From a virus (lineage: Duplodnaviria; Caudoviricetes): DNA of 64,000 nucleotides. Position numbers and translations under genes: made by a program. Every line of letters starts with the position of its first letter. The first letter of the stretch is position 1. The notes beneath the pieces were generated by a model. That model did no database searches and had not been told where the DNA came from. It worked only from the letters and a program-made list of their open reading frames with translations. The DNA lies in the IMG/VR virus record IMGVR_UViG_2974732567_000001, positions 1-64,000 of that record; one strand, written 5' to 3'. Shown here in pieces: positions 26,535-37,983 of this stretch.

Positions 26535-29039
26535 ATGAGAAATATCAATCAGTTTCCAATACAGAAATTACCAGCTTCTAAAAAGACATAGGATTGGAAA
26601 GAGTCTTGTGTAGACTATATTATAGGTAGAAGTATGGGAGGTTCTAGAAATGGCAATAACAGAACTCGCAAGGAAGAGATGTAGACATACTATGATCTTT
26701 ACAACAGTATATACAATGAAAAAGATCTAAAGTATGTTACTAATCCATTTAAACAACAAGATGGGTTTCCTGCAACGGCATAGGACTATAATATAGTTAA
26801 GCCTAAGATTGACCTACTATTAGGAGAAGAAACAAAAAGACCATTTAACTTCAAGGTAGTACGTACTAGTGAAATAGCTACTAGTGAGATGCAGGATAAG
26901 GCTAAAGAGCTCCTTATTCAGTATATACAAGCTACTATTATGAGTAAATTAGGTCCGGAAGAACAAGCTAGATATCAGCAAGCATTGCAGTCTGGTGAGA
27001 TTATGCCTCCTGAATAGATACAGAAATATATGAGTAAAGACTATAAAGATATTGCAGAAATGACAGCATATCATAGTCTTAATTACTTAAAGAATAAACT
27101 TAATATTACACATGAGTTCTGCAAAGGTTGGAAGGATGCACTAATAGGTGGGGAAGAAATTTATTATGTAGGTATACAGAACGGTAATCCATGCTTAGAA
27201 CGCATCAATCCTATTTACTTTGATTACGATACTGATACTTCGGATCTAGAATTCATTCATGACGCTCAATGGTGCGTTTATGAGATGAAACTATCAGCAA
27301 CTGATATATATGATAGATATTATGATAAACTGTCTGAAAAGCAGCTAAATTAGCTCCTAGACATGATGGATGATACATCTAGAGGAGGCTTCAACCCTGA
27401 AGTAAGAAAAACTTCTTTAGACTTCCCTCATATTAAAACTCATAGTATCAATGGTTTTACTTCTAACCCTTTTGATAGTACTAATGCAATTAGTGTATGG
27501 CATTGCTGTTGGCAGTCATTCAGAAAGATAGCATTTGTTACTATTGCAGATCCTGAAACAGGAGAACCAGTAGAATATATAGTAGACGAATCATACAATG
27601 AAACAGGTACTGAAATAAGTGTAGAATGGAAGTGGATCATTGAGACGTGGGAAGGATATAGAGCTGGAGATGACCTTTACTTTGGTATGGGTCCTATTGA
27701 ATATCAACATGTATCTGCAGATAATCCTAATGCACAAAGGCTGCCATATACAGGAGTAATATACAATAATACTAATAGTAGACCTAGATCTCTAGTAAGT
27801 ATGATGAAACCATTACAGTATATGTATATAGTATTGTGGTACCGTCTAGAACTTGCTATGTCAAGGGATAAGGGTAAAGTAGTAAATATGGATATTACTT
27901 AGATTCCTAAATCTATGAATATAGACGTAGCTAAGTGGATGCACTACTTATCAGCGCTAGGTGTTAACTTTATTAACCCTTATGAAGAAGGTTGGGATAT
28001 ACCTGGTAGAGAGGGTGGTAAGCCATCATAGTTCAATCAGATTACAGCATTAGATCTTACTATGGCTAATACTATTGACTAGTATATAGCACTGATGGAT
28101 AAGATAGAAGCTATGTTATCAGAGATAACAGGTGTATCTAAACAACGCGAAGGTTCTATTTCATCTAATGAACTAGTAGGTAATGTAGAAAGATCAGTAG
28201 TACAATCAGCTCATATTACTGAACCGTGGTTTTGGGTTCATAACCAAGTAAAGAGAGAGTGTTTAATTATGCTGTTAAATACAGCTAAGTATGCATGGAA
28301 GGACAATAAGACTAGTTTATAGTACGTATTTGATGATGCTACTAGAGCATTTATGACTCTTAATGATGATATGTTCTATGAAGATTTTGATATATTTGTA
28401 GAAGATACTACTAAGAATCAACAGCAGATAGAAGCGCTTAAGAACCTTATGCAACCTGCTATGCAAAATGGTGCTAGTCTATTAGATATTGCTGAAATCA
28501 TTACTCTGGACAATGTTACTATGATTAAGAATAGATTAGAGGAAATTGAACAGAAACGTATGGAACAACAGCAAGCTATGGAGCAAGCACAAGCTGAACG
28601 TGAACAGCAAATGTTACAAATGCAGAATGAGGTTAAGGAAGAAGAGTTAATGATCAAAGAAGCAGAAATGGATCTCAAGAAATATGAAATTGATCAGAAT
28701 AATGCAACTAAGATCACAGTAGCTCAACTTAATGCTTATAGAGGTTTGGAAGATCAAGATCAGAATGATAATGGTATTCCAGATACTATGGAAATAGCAG
28801 CACAAGCTCTAGAAGAGAGAAAACAAGCATCAGAAGAAGCTTCTAAACAGTTTGAGTTCAATGCTAAGATGCGTGAACAACAATTGAAGAAGGAAATAGA
28901 GGATAAGAAGATTGAACTTGAAAAACAGAAATTACAAGTTCAAAAAGACATTCAGAAACAAAAAGATGATGCAGCTCTTGAAAGAGAGAAGATTAAAGCT
29001 AGAACAGCCTTGAAGAATAAAGTAGTAGGAGAGAAGTAA
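26535..29039 (+). CDS. Portal protein (834 aa, recoded TAG)
   Basis: Same-frame fragments joined by TAG; follows TerL; RSLVSMMKPLQYMY, ITGVSKQREG and a long Q/E coiled-coil C-terminus. Confidence 0.88.
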
Positions 29040-29040
29040 T

Positions 29041-29457
29041 ATGAAAAAGATTTGGAAATCTATTAAGAATACAGTATCATATATCTGGTAGTTACCTCAA
29101 AATATATTAGGTGCAATACTCTGTTATATTTATTGTAGTGATGGAGATATATATGATTGGAATAAAGCTACTAGCGATGTGAAGGTAAACTGCTATTCTA
29201 AAAGGATAAGAGGAGGAATTACATTAGGTAAATATATAATTATTGGAGACGCTAGTTATGCTTATCACGAATTTGGACATACTATTCAAAGTAAGATACT
29301 AGGCCCTTTGTATTTACTAGTGATAGGATTACCTTCTATAATTCATGCCGCATTACACAAACATGTATGCAAGAATAAAGACTACTATCACTTTTGGACT
29401 GAAAAGTGGGCTAATAACTTAGTAGATAAACATTATAAGAAGTTAAAGGAGGATTAA
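29041..29457 (+). CDS. Membrane HExxH metallopeptidase-like protein (138 aa, 1 TAG)
   Basis: YIW(Q)LPQNILG, GGITLGKYII, HEFGHTIQS, FWTEKWAN. Confidence 0.8.
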
Positions 29458-29459
29458 TT

Positions 29460-29501
29460 ATGGGATGCAAGAAAGGCGGAAAGAAACCTGTAAAGAAATA
29501 A
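29460..29501 (+). CDS. Tiny basic peptide MGCKKGGKKPVKK
   Basis: AGGAGG upstream; fills the intergenic gap. Confidence 0.4.
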   Translation: MGCKKGGKKPVKK

Positions 29502-29505
29502 GGTT

Positions 29506-29691
29506 ATGGGAGAAGTAGAGAAAAGAGATGTAGTGTTAGAGAATCTTCGAGAGAAATATCCTGAAGATCTAAATAAAGATTACAACTGTTACTGGTGGTG
29601 TACTTGTGATACAGATGGATCCGCTTTAACTTACTATCTATCTTCAATCTTTATAGAAGTCCTAAGTTATTCAACAAGGACTTTTAGATGA
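29506..29691 (+). CDS. Hypothetical protein
   Basis: 61-aa ORF. Confidence 0.45.
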   Translation: MGEVEKRDVVLENLREKYPEDLNKDYNCYWWCTCDTDGSALTYYLSSIFIEVLSYSTRTFR

Positions 29692-29731
29692 TACCTATAG
29701 TAAATAATAATGATAATAACACTATAGTATA

Positions 29732-29971
29732 ATGGATAATTCATATCAAATAGACATGGCGCTGATAATGCCAGAATATCCAATTCCTAAGTATAAGGAT
29801 GGTGGCATACATATCAAGAAAGAGAATAGAGGTAAGTTTAATGCCTTAAAGAAACGTACTGGCAAAAGTACTGAAGAACTTACACATAGCAAGAACCCAT
29901 TGACTCGTAAGAGAGCTATCTTTGCTTAGAATGCGAAGAAATGGAAACACAAAGGAAGAAAGAAAAAATAA
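29732..29971 (+). CDS. Small basic protein (79 aa, 1 TAG)
   Basis: KDGGIHIKKENRGKF...KRAIFA(Q)NAKKWKH. Confidence 0.7.
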
Positions 29972-29989
29972 ATCTAATTATATATAATT

Positions 29990-31159
29990 ATGGAAGAAAT
30001 TACATTAAACGGTTTTGAAGTATTCGAAGACTTCCTGCCAGGAGCTAATGTACCAAAAAAAGAAACACAGCAGACTGAACAGGAAGAAGATAATATTGAT
30101 CCAGATCAAGATGCTGCTGGAGAAGAACTAACTGACGAAGAGCTTGAAGCATTACGTAATCCCAAGAAGGATAAGAAAGATGATAATTCAACTAAAGAGG
30201 ATGAAGAGTAGGATGCACCTACTAAAAAGAAGACCGGGAAGAATAAAGAAGTTGAAGAAGATGATAATTCAGCTGGAGAAGACGAGGGAAGTACGGAAAC
30301 TGAAGAAACTGATGATGACACTAATGCAGTGAGCGCATTCTTCGGAGTAATGGCAGAAAAAATGGGATGGGATATTGACGAAGAAGACGAAGTCCCTTCT
30401 ACTCCTGAAGAGCTTGTTGATTATTTTCAATCAGTTATTGAAGAAAATTCAGTACCACAATACGCTAGTGAAGAGGTAGAAGCACTAGATAACTTTGTTA
30501 AAAATGGTGGTAACTTGAGAGATTACTTTGAAATTGATGGTGAGCTAGATTTAGAAGAGATCAATATAGAAGATGACGAAGTTAATCAGAAGTTGGTTGT
30601 TAAAGAATTCTTGAAAGAAAAGGGTTTCAGTAACAAGCAAATTGAAAAGAAACTGTCTAAATATGAAGATGCTGGTCTACTTGAGGATGAGGCTACAGAT
30701 GCATTGGAAGCTCTTAAAGAGATCAAAGAACAGAAGAAACAATAGCTATTGAAAGATCAAGAAAACCAAGCTAAGGCGGCTGCTAAACGTCAACAGGAGT
30801 ATTTTAATAGCGTTGTCAACGAAATAAAAGGCATGGATGATATTCGTGGTATTAAGATACCAGAAAAAGACAAGAGAGCCTTGTTAGAATATATATTTAA
30901 GCCTGACGCCGAAGGTAAGACGCAGTATCAGAAGGATTGGTCTAAAAGCGTAAAGAATTTGCTGGAATCCGCTTACTTCACCATGAAAGGTGATACTTTG
31001 TTAAAAGCAGCTAAGAATGAAGGTTCTAATAATGCTATTAACAAATTTAAGAGCAGTTTGAATAAAACTGGCGTAAGTAGGAAGACAAAGAAAACGGACA
31101 ACACTAGCACTACAGATATGTGGAAGTCTTTTGCGCAACAGTTGCGTACAAATTATTAA
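29990..31159 (+). CDS. Acidic scaffolding-like protein (389 aa, 2 TAG)
   Basis: Three same-frame fragments; very acidic; immediately upstream of the major capsid gene. Confidence 0.75.
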
Positions 31160-31191
31160 TAAACTAAATAAATTAAAATTACTAGTATTTT

Positions 31192-32661
31192 ATGGATAAT
31201 AATATTCTAAATAACTTAGTTTTATACAAAGGTAAATGGTTTTCAGACTTGATTGACACTGCCAAAATCAGTGCAGCTTCGCAATAGAACCCGTATCAGG
31301 TTGCTACCGTATTGTCTTATGTATTTGGAACTAAGGATAGCGGTTACAACACTTCTCTGGATATGTTGACAGGTGGTCTTGGTAACGTAATGACTATTGA
31401 TCAACCGAGCTGGGAGTGGAATGTAATGATTGATGCTGACAGAGCAGTAACTATTAGAGATGCAAAATGGAATGGTGCAGCTATCAGTAATGATACTACA
31501 GCTGGTCTGGGTAACACTCCGATCCAATTGTGGCTTGAAGATAACTGGTTCGGTCCTACAGCAATCTTGGAATTTGATGATAAAGAATACCAAGTACGTG
31601 TAGCTGGTGCTCCTTATCAGGATGGAAACCTTTGGGTTTACACTTGCTTTGTAGCAGATGGTCAACCTTCCTCTTATATTCCTGCTGACCTGTTGAAACC
31701 AGGTTGTCAAGTATCACGTCTTGCTTCTGCTGTTGAAGAATACAGTGAAGAAGGTGATATCCTGAACTATAGTACTCATTTCAAAATGCGTAATTATCTG
31801 ACGACAATTCGTATTAACTATGATATTACTGGTTCAGCTTATTCTACAGTAATGGCAATCGCATTGCAAGATCCGAAAACAGGTAAGAAATCTTATTTGT
31901 GGGCAGATTATCAGGAATGGAAAGCTATGAGAGAATGGTACAAGAGATGTGAAAGAATGCTGGTTTACATGAAAAATAATGTAAACAAAGATGGTTCTTG
32001 TAACTTGAAAGGTACCAATGGTCGTCCGGTATTTATTGGCGCTGGTTTGCTGGAACAGATTGCTCCGTCTAACAGACGTTATTATACTGAACTGACTGCA
32101 GAACTGTTGGAAGATTTCTTGTTCGACCTGTCTTACAATGTACTTGGTACTAATGAACGTAAGTTTATTGCCTTGACTGGTGAAATGGGTATGAGAGAAT
32201 TCGACAGAATCCTGAAAGAAAAAGTTGTTAACATGAACTTGATTGATACAGTATTTGTAACAGGTTCTGGTGATAACCTTACTTTTGGTGGTCAGTTTAA
32301 GACATTTAAGATGACTAACGGAATTGAGCTTACATTGAGATATTTCCCATTGTATGACGATTTGATGTATAACCGTAAACTTCATCCGATTACTAAGAAA
32401 CCGTTGGAATCATATCGTATGACATTCCTTGATCTTGGTAGACGTGATGGTGAAGCTAACATCGTAAAAGTAGTTCGTAAAGATCGTGAATTCGTTACTT
32501 GGACTGTTGGTGGTGCTGTGCTTCCGTCAGGTTATGGTAAATCCATCAATACTCTGAGATCTAATGGTAAGGACGGTTATACCGTATTCTTCCTGGGCGA
32601 AATGGGTATCATGTTGAGAGACCCAAGAGCTTGTGGTGAACTTATCATGGAAGCAGAGTAA
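31192..32661 (+). CDS. Major capsid protein (489 aa, single TAG at codon 32)
   Basis: Size, position between scaffold and ring genes, crAss MCP-like sequence; read-through of TAG 31285-87 links it to ATG 31192. Confidence 0.88.
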
Positions 32662-32686
32662 TTTACACTCTGGAATCCTAAACAAA

Positions 32687-32702
32687 GGGGCCTTCGGGCC
32701 CC
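32687..32702 (+). terminator. UUCG hairpin after the capsid gene
   Basis: GGGGCC-TTCG-GGCCCC with no U tract (stabiliser or attenuator). Confidence 0.5.
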
Positions 32703-32734
32703 ATACCTAACTAGATAATCTAATATTTGATATT

Positions 32735-33487
32735 ATGGAAGTAATCGTTAGAATCATTAAAACAAATCCTTGGACCGGGATTACAAAATGGCCCACATGT
32801 TTTGATTATGTTGGATCTTATTGGACAAGATCAGGTAATCGTTACACAGGTCTTATTGAAGAACAGGCAAGACGTCTAGAAAAAGAAATTGGTTATCAGG
32901 AAGGAGAACTCTCTCCCAATAGTGATTATTGGAAAACATTTGCATGTCAGATTGGTAAGAAGGATCTGATTCTGCATACTGAAAATCCTTACGATGAACT
33001 ACAATATTTATTCCTTAAGAGTCATAAAAGAGTAGCAGATGGATTGAACAACATTAAACCATCTAGTGATTATGTTATGATCAATAAGGATAGCGAAGCT
33101 GAAGGAGCTAACAAGATTAATAAAGTTAAGCGTGAAGCATATAGAGAAATGGATAAGATGTCTATTGAAGATATGCGTAAGTGTTTGAGACTGTATGGTA
33201 TTAAGTCTGATACTATGTCTAATGAGCTTGTTGAAGCTAAATTGACTGAACAGATTGAAACATTACCGAAGAACTTTATGATGAAATGGGTTAATAACCC
33301 TAACAAAGAAATTAACTTTGTGATTGAAGAAGCCATATCTAAAAACATTATTAGAAAGAATAGAGCTAATTATTACTTTGGTACAGATCTAATTGGTAAT
33401 GGTTTGGAAGATGTAATTGCTTATTTGAAAGATAAAAAGAATAATGATATCAAGATGGCAATTCTTAACGAAATTAAGTCTAAATAA
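32735..33487 (+). CDS. Protein following the major capsid gene in the crAss structural block
   Basis: 250-aa ORF; position. Confidence 0.8.
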   Translation: MEVIVRIIKTNPWTGITKWPTCFDYVGSYWTRSGNRYTGLIEEQARRLEKEIGYQEGELSPNSDYWKTFACQIGKKDLILHTENPYDELQYLFLKSHKRVADGLNNIKPSSDYVMINKDSEAEGANKINKVKREAYREMDKMSIEDMRKCLRLYGIKSDTMSNELVEAKLTEQIETLPKNFMMKWVNNPNKEINFVIEEAISKNIIRKNRANYYFGTDLIGNGLEDVIAYLKDKKNNDIKMAILNEIKSK

Positions 33488-34185
33488 TGAATAATCGTAC
33501 TGCACATATTTAGTTTAAAGTTATCCTTGATAAGAATGCATAGGGGGTTGCCTTCGGTGGTGCTCCCGCATTCCTACCAGAGGAAATAGACTTATTTCTT
33601 AATCAAGGACAAGATGAAATTATAAGTAATAAGATTAGTGGTAATAATGCTCTTAAGATAGGTTTTGAAGGTTCTCAACAGAGAATATCAGAACTAGATG
33701 CATTAGTACGTACTGATAAAAATGTAACTTCTAATAGAAGTGATTATAATGAATTTGTACTTGATAATGTGCACAAAGATGGAGAAAGACTTACTATATG
33801 GAGTGTAATGCTGAAATATGGTAATTACCCTACTAATTGCCTGTTAGTAGATCATAATACGGCTGGTTTATTTAAGTAGACGTATAATAATATACCTTGG
33901 GTTGAATACCCAGTATCTACTATTGAGAATAACCAATTACTTATATATGTAGACCCTATCATGATGGAAGATCCATTATATAGTCCTACTGATAATAAAT
34001 ATGCAGTAGACATTACATATATAAAGAAACCCACTCCTTTTGACTATACTAAGCCTGATGAAGAACTAGATTTACCAGATGATGTAATGACAGAAGTAAT
34101 CAATAGAGCTGTAGTATTAGCGTTAGAAAACATTGAATCACAGAGAACTGCTGGTAAACTATAGTTGAATCAATTATCTGAATAA
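33487..34185 (+). CDS. Tail ring protein (232 aa, recoded TAG)
   Basis: FLPEEIDLFLNQGQD...YIKKP...EVINRAV, a crAss ring-protein-like pattern. Confidence 0.75.
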
Positions 34186-34187
34186 TT

Positions 34188-34850
34188 ATGACTGAAAGAC
34201 AATTCCAAATATCATTTGAAAGATAGTTGTAGACTTTAATACCTGGTTACAATACTACTACTAAACTTAATTCAGATACTATCTTTTAGTACATAAATCG
34301 TGCAAAAGATGAGTATGTAAAGTAGTTATACAGAGTATTCCAGTAGAATCAAGAGATAACAGATAAACTACGAACTTTAGTAGACAAGACTATCTATACT
34401 AAATCTGACTTCGTGGTTGAAGAAAATAGATGGTCTGCTAGCTACCCTAATAATTATTTGTTTACTTTAGGTGAAGAAACATTTATTGATATTTATTCTA
34501 ATGCTTGCCCATTGCTAGTAGTTAGAACCAGGGATGTGTTAGAAGCTACCATAGAAACAGTAGACAGAATTCTAGAAAACAGTCTGTCAGAATACCACCT
34601 CCACCATAATCAAGCCAGACCTGTTCGCTTATATACGGAGAACAAAATAGTACTGATTACTGATGGTAATTATGGTATTACAAAATATATTATGACTTAC
34701 TTGAGAAATGCTAAAGATCTAGGTAAGGAATTAACAAAAGAATATACAGAGTTACCTGAAGTAACTCATCAAGAAATTGTTGATGCGGCAGTTAGACTAT
34801 ATCTGTCAGAAGCGGCTTCAACTAAATAGTCAGATAAATCTGACGAATAA
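34188..34850 (+). CDS. Tail ring protein paralog (220 aa, recoded TAG)
   Basis: Read-through from ATG 34188; TYLRN...ELPEVTHQEIVDAAV resembles the preceding gene. Confidence 0.75.
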
Positions 34851-34948
34851 TAAAGCGTTCATCGACGTGGAAATCTGAAATAAGGAAAGTAGAAGATGAA
34901 TAAAGTTGATATGAGCGCGCATCGTTAAACTAAAAATAATTTAATACA

Positions 34949-35932
34949 ATGTTACAACACGTAGATTATATTCTAATCGGTAAGAATCTGCCAGCATCAT
35001 ATACAACTGCTGATGTTTTGAGTGCAGGTGATGTTGCTTTGTTCGATCAGAATAGAGCTATCATTAAAGATGCTGCTGATGCAGTTAATGCTACTTCTCT
35101 TTATGTAGGAGTTGCTCAGAACAAGATTAATGTAACTATGCCAGATGGTTCAGTTGTACAGAAAGCTAATATTAAATTCGGTAATGAAATTCAGAAAGCT
35201 TCTAAACCGAAGGCAGTTATTGGTGAGTACGTAGCACCGGTTCAAGACAAAATTGTTATTACTTTGGCTGGCGCTACTATCGTTGCTGGTCACAGATATG
35301 TCTTGAGAATGGTTTACAAAGACATCTATGAAGCTCCGGGTCAGTTTACTCATACTTATGAAGTATACGCTGATTCTGATGATGCTGGAGCTTTGGCAGC
35401 TGCTATTGTTAAGAAGATTAATAAACACAAAAATCGTAGAATCCAGGCTCAGGCTTCTGCTTCTGCTGTTATTACTTTGACAGCTATGGAGAAGGATGAT
35501 AATGAAGGAGTTTATTCATTGAGTGAATACTCTGTAGTTAGCATGGAAGCTACTCTGTACACTACTGTTCCTGGTGCATTGCTGGCAAATCAGCCTACTG
35601 CAATCCCTGGTGCTACTATCGTTAAGACTCCTGGTAATCCTGGTAAAGGTTACTGGAAACAAGTACGTGACGCTGAAGTACGTTTTATGGGTTACCAAGG
35701 TCATGTATTTACTGGAGCTTATCCTGAAGTAGAACAGGCTAGAATGGTAGAAGAAGGTGCAACTTACGATTGCATTACTATCAAAAATGATAACCTGTAC
35801 TTGAGTAACGATAACCAGTATATCAAAACTACTCCGCTTACTACTGAATTGTATGTTAAGCATCCAAGTGGTTTTGCTAACTCTATTGTTGCAAAAGGTA
35901 TCGAAGTGTTTATCGCAGGTAAAGCAGCCTAA
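34949..35932 (+). CDS. Structural protein, probably the auxiliary capsid protein (327 aa, no TAG)
   Basis: Uninterrupted ORF; position after the two ring genes as in the crAss gene order. Confidence 0.7.
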   Translation: MLQHVDYILIGKNLPASYTTADVLSAGDVALFDQNRAIIKDAADAVNATSLYVGVAQNKINVTMPDGSVVQKANIKFGNEIQKASKPKAVIGEYVAPVQDKIVITLAGATIVAGHRYVLRMVYKDIYEAPGQFTHTYEVYADSDDAGALAAAIVKKINKHKNRRIQAQASASAVITLTAMEKDDNEGVYSLSEYSVVSMEATLYTTVPGALLANQPTAIPGATIVKTPGNPGKGYWKQVRDAEVRFMGYQGHVFTGAYPEVEQARMVEEGATYDCITIKNDNLYLSNDNQYIKTTPLTTELYVKHPSGFANSIVAKGIEVFIAGKAA

Positions 35933-35954
35933 TAATAAATTACTGTAATAATTA

Positions 35955-35996
35955 AGTGGGGCGGGTTGGATTATTCCTTCCCACTCCACTTTTTTT
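35955..35996 (+). terminator. Rho-independent terminator
   Basis: AGTGGGG..GGG...CCC..CTCCACT followed by a T run. Confidence 0.6.
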
Positions 35997-36007
35997 ATTT
36001 TTATAAT

Positions 36008-36634
36008 ATGAATAAAATAGTTGATGCGAACATAAAAGATAATGTGCTCAAATTCAATGTTATAGCAGATGTGTCTATTACTAATAGTTCACAAGTAATA
36101 GTATATATCAATGAATGTAGTAACATTAAGAATTTGTATAGTGATGATCCTGAGCTGCAAGATTACATATTTAATTCTGAAAATAGCGCAATATCTGTAA
36201 CACAGATAGTTAGAGAAGGAGAACCAGAACTAGTAACTACAGTATATACTTATGAAGTAACTGTTACTTCTGATGTTATTGGTAGCTTTGATTCTAATAT
36301 GAAATACATCAAGATGTATTGTGCTACAGAGAATTATGTAAACGATTACATAGATGGAATAATCTACGATCCTAATACGTTATATGAAGCAGAGATAAAG
36401 ATGCTACATGGTTATTGTAGTACTTGTCTAGATGATAAGTAGATGCAAAAAATAATGATATTAGTGTTCAAAAGGCAGTTACTAGAATAGGCTATTGCTA
36501 CTTCTCATAATAAAGAAGCTATGCAATATTATTTAGATTTGGTACGCTTAATGGGCGTTAATGTTAATAAAAAATGTGATAATAATGGATGCTAGGAATG
36601 TAAAGTGTGCTTTAACGGGATGTGTTCCCTGTAA
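36008..36634 (+). CDS. Tail-associated protein with a Cys-rich C-terminus (208 aa, 3 TAG)
   Basis: Read-through to TAA 36632; ends C(Q)ECKVCFNGMCSL. Confidence 0.7.
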
Positions 36635-36845
36635 TAAAAACTGCATCCAGCCTCTTAATCAATTCTTCTATATAACTGTAGATTATAAGGGAAATTTAGT
36701 AATAATATCTGACTATGTTAAATACCCTGAAGTAGAAGTGGATCCAGCTGATCAATAGATTACGTTCCATGATAAAGAGGTTACGGATTTCAATAAACCT
36801 GATACTAAACTGTTTTACAATGGAATACACAAAATTACTTGGTAA
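36585..36845 (+). CDS. Small tail-associated protein (86 aa, 1 TAG)
   Basis: MDARNVKC...DPADQ(Q)ITFHDK...KITW. Confidence 0.55.
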
Positions 36846-37977
36846 GGTAACCTTAACAACAGATGGTCTACACGATAGTGCTAGAACATATGATAGACTA
36901 TGTTTAGTATATGACTCTGCATATAGATCCTTCATATCCATTAAAGAAGTACCAGCTAACATTAGTATTGACAATAAAACATATTGGCAACCATTAAGTA
37001 TAATTACAGCTGATAATGAGGATTTAATGGTAGATGAGAATCTACGTATTAAGTTTGCAAACAAAGAGTATAATCCTACACAAAATAGTGGTATGGGTTA
37101 TATTATACTACGCAAGAGAAAAGACAATATAATCACATAGGAAGACTTCAATTAGGCTAATACATTATATGTAGTAGAGTATGATTTCTATTTAGGTGAT
37201 GATACTATTACTATGCCAGAAGGATGTGCAATATACTTTAAAGGTGGTACTTTAAATGCTGGTACTATGGTAGGTACAGATACTATGGCATATGGTACTA
37301 TAAGTAATAAAGGAGATGCTACATTTGATGGTACTTGGTAGGAGTCAGGTACAGGAAGTGGAGGAGATCTTAGTGATTTAGAAGAAAGAGTAAAGAGATT
37401 AGAAGAAGCTATGTTCCCGTATAAATTTACAGTTAGTGGAGGGGGAGTATATAAAAGAGGTACTACTACTTCGGTTACTGTTAAATGGTCATTTGTATAG
37501 GGTACTACTCCAGCTACACCTGATACGTTGACTATTAATGGAGAAACAGTATCTACTTCATAGACTAGTAAAACATACTTAGATGTAGGTGTAGACACTG
37601 ACTATGTGATTAAAGCTACTAAGGATGGAATTGAATATACTGATACAGTTACAGCAAGATTTGTTAATCCATCATACTTTGGAGTAGTTCCTAGCAACTT
37701 TGTACCTACAGAAGAGTTAGTTAAAGAACTTAGTAGTGGTGATATTATAAAGGATACCAAAACTTATTCTACTCCAACATTCACACAGAATGCTTAGAAG
37801 AACTGTTATGCATATCCGAAAGCATTTGGTATGCTAACTGATATTAGAGATATGAGTAATCAAAATTTGAATGGTTCTTATGTTTATACTGAAATAGCAA
37901 TCAATGATGAGATGTATTACGTCTATGTTCTTAAGACACCATCTACAGTAACAAATTACAAAATAACATTTAATTAA
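36820..37977 (+). CDS. Tail/fibre-associated protein (385 aa, recoded TAG)
   Basis: Same-frame fragments joined; MEYTKLLGKVTLT...YAYPKAFGMLTDIRD. Confidence 0.75.
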
Positions 37978-37983
37978 AGATAT

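Noticed and set aside
34838-34910. Hammerhead ribozyme (CTGACGA ... GAAA)
   Set aside because: The required stems II and III cannot be formed; only a weak TTCATC/GATGAA hairpin is present
31243-37598. Long antisense ORFs (31243..31710, 31834..32385, 35516..35989, 36696..37064, 37188..37598)
   Set aside because: Shadows of well-supported plus-strand structural genes, with no recognisable motifs
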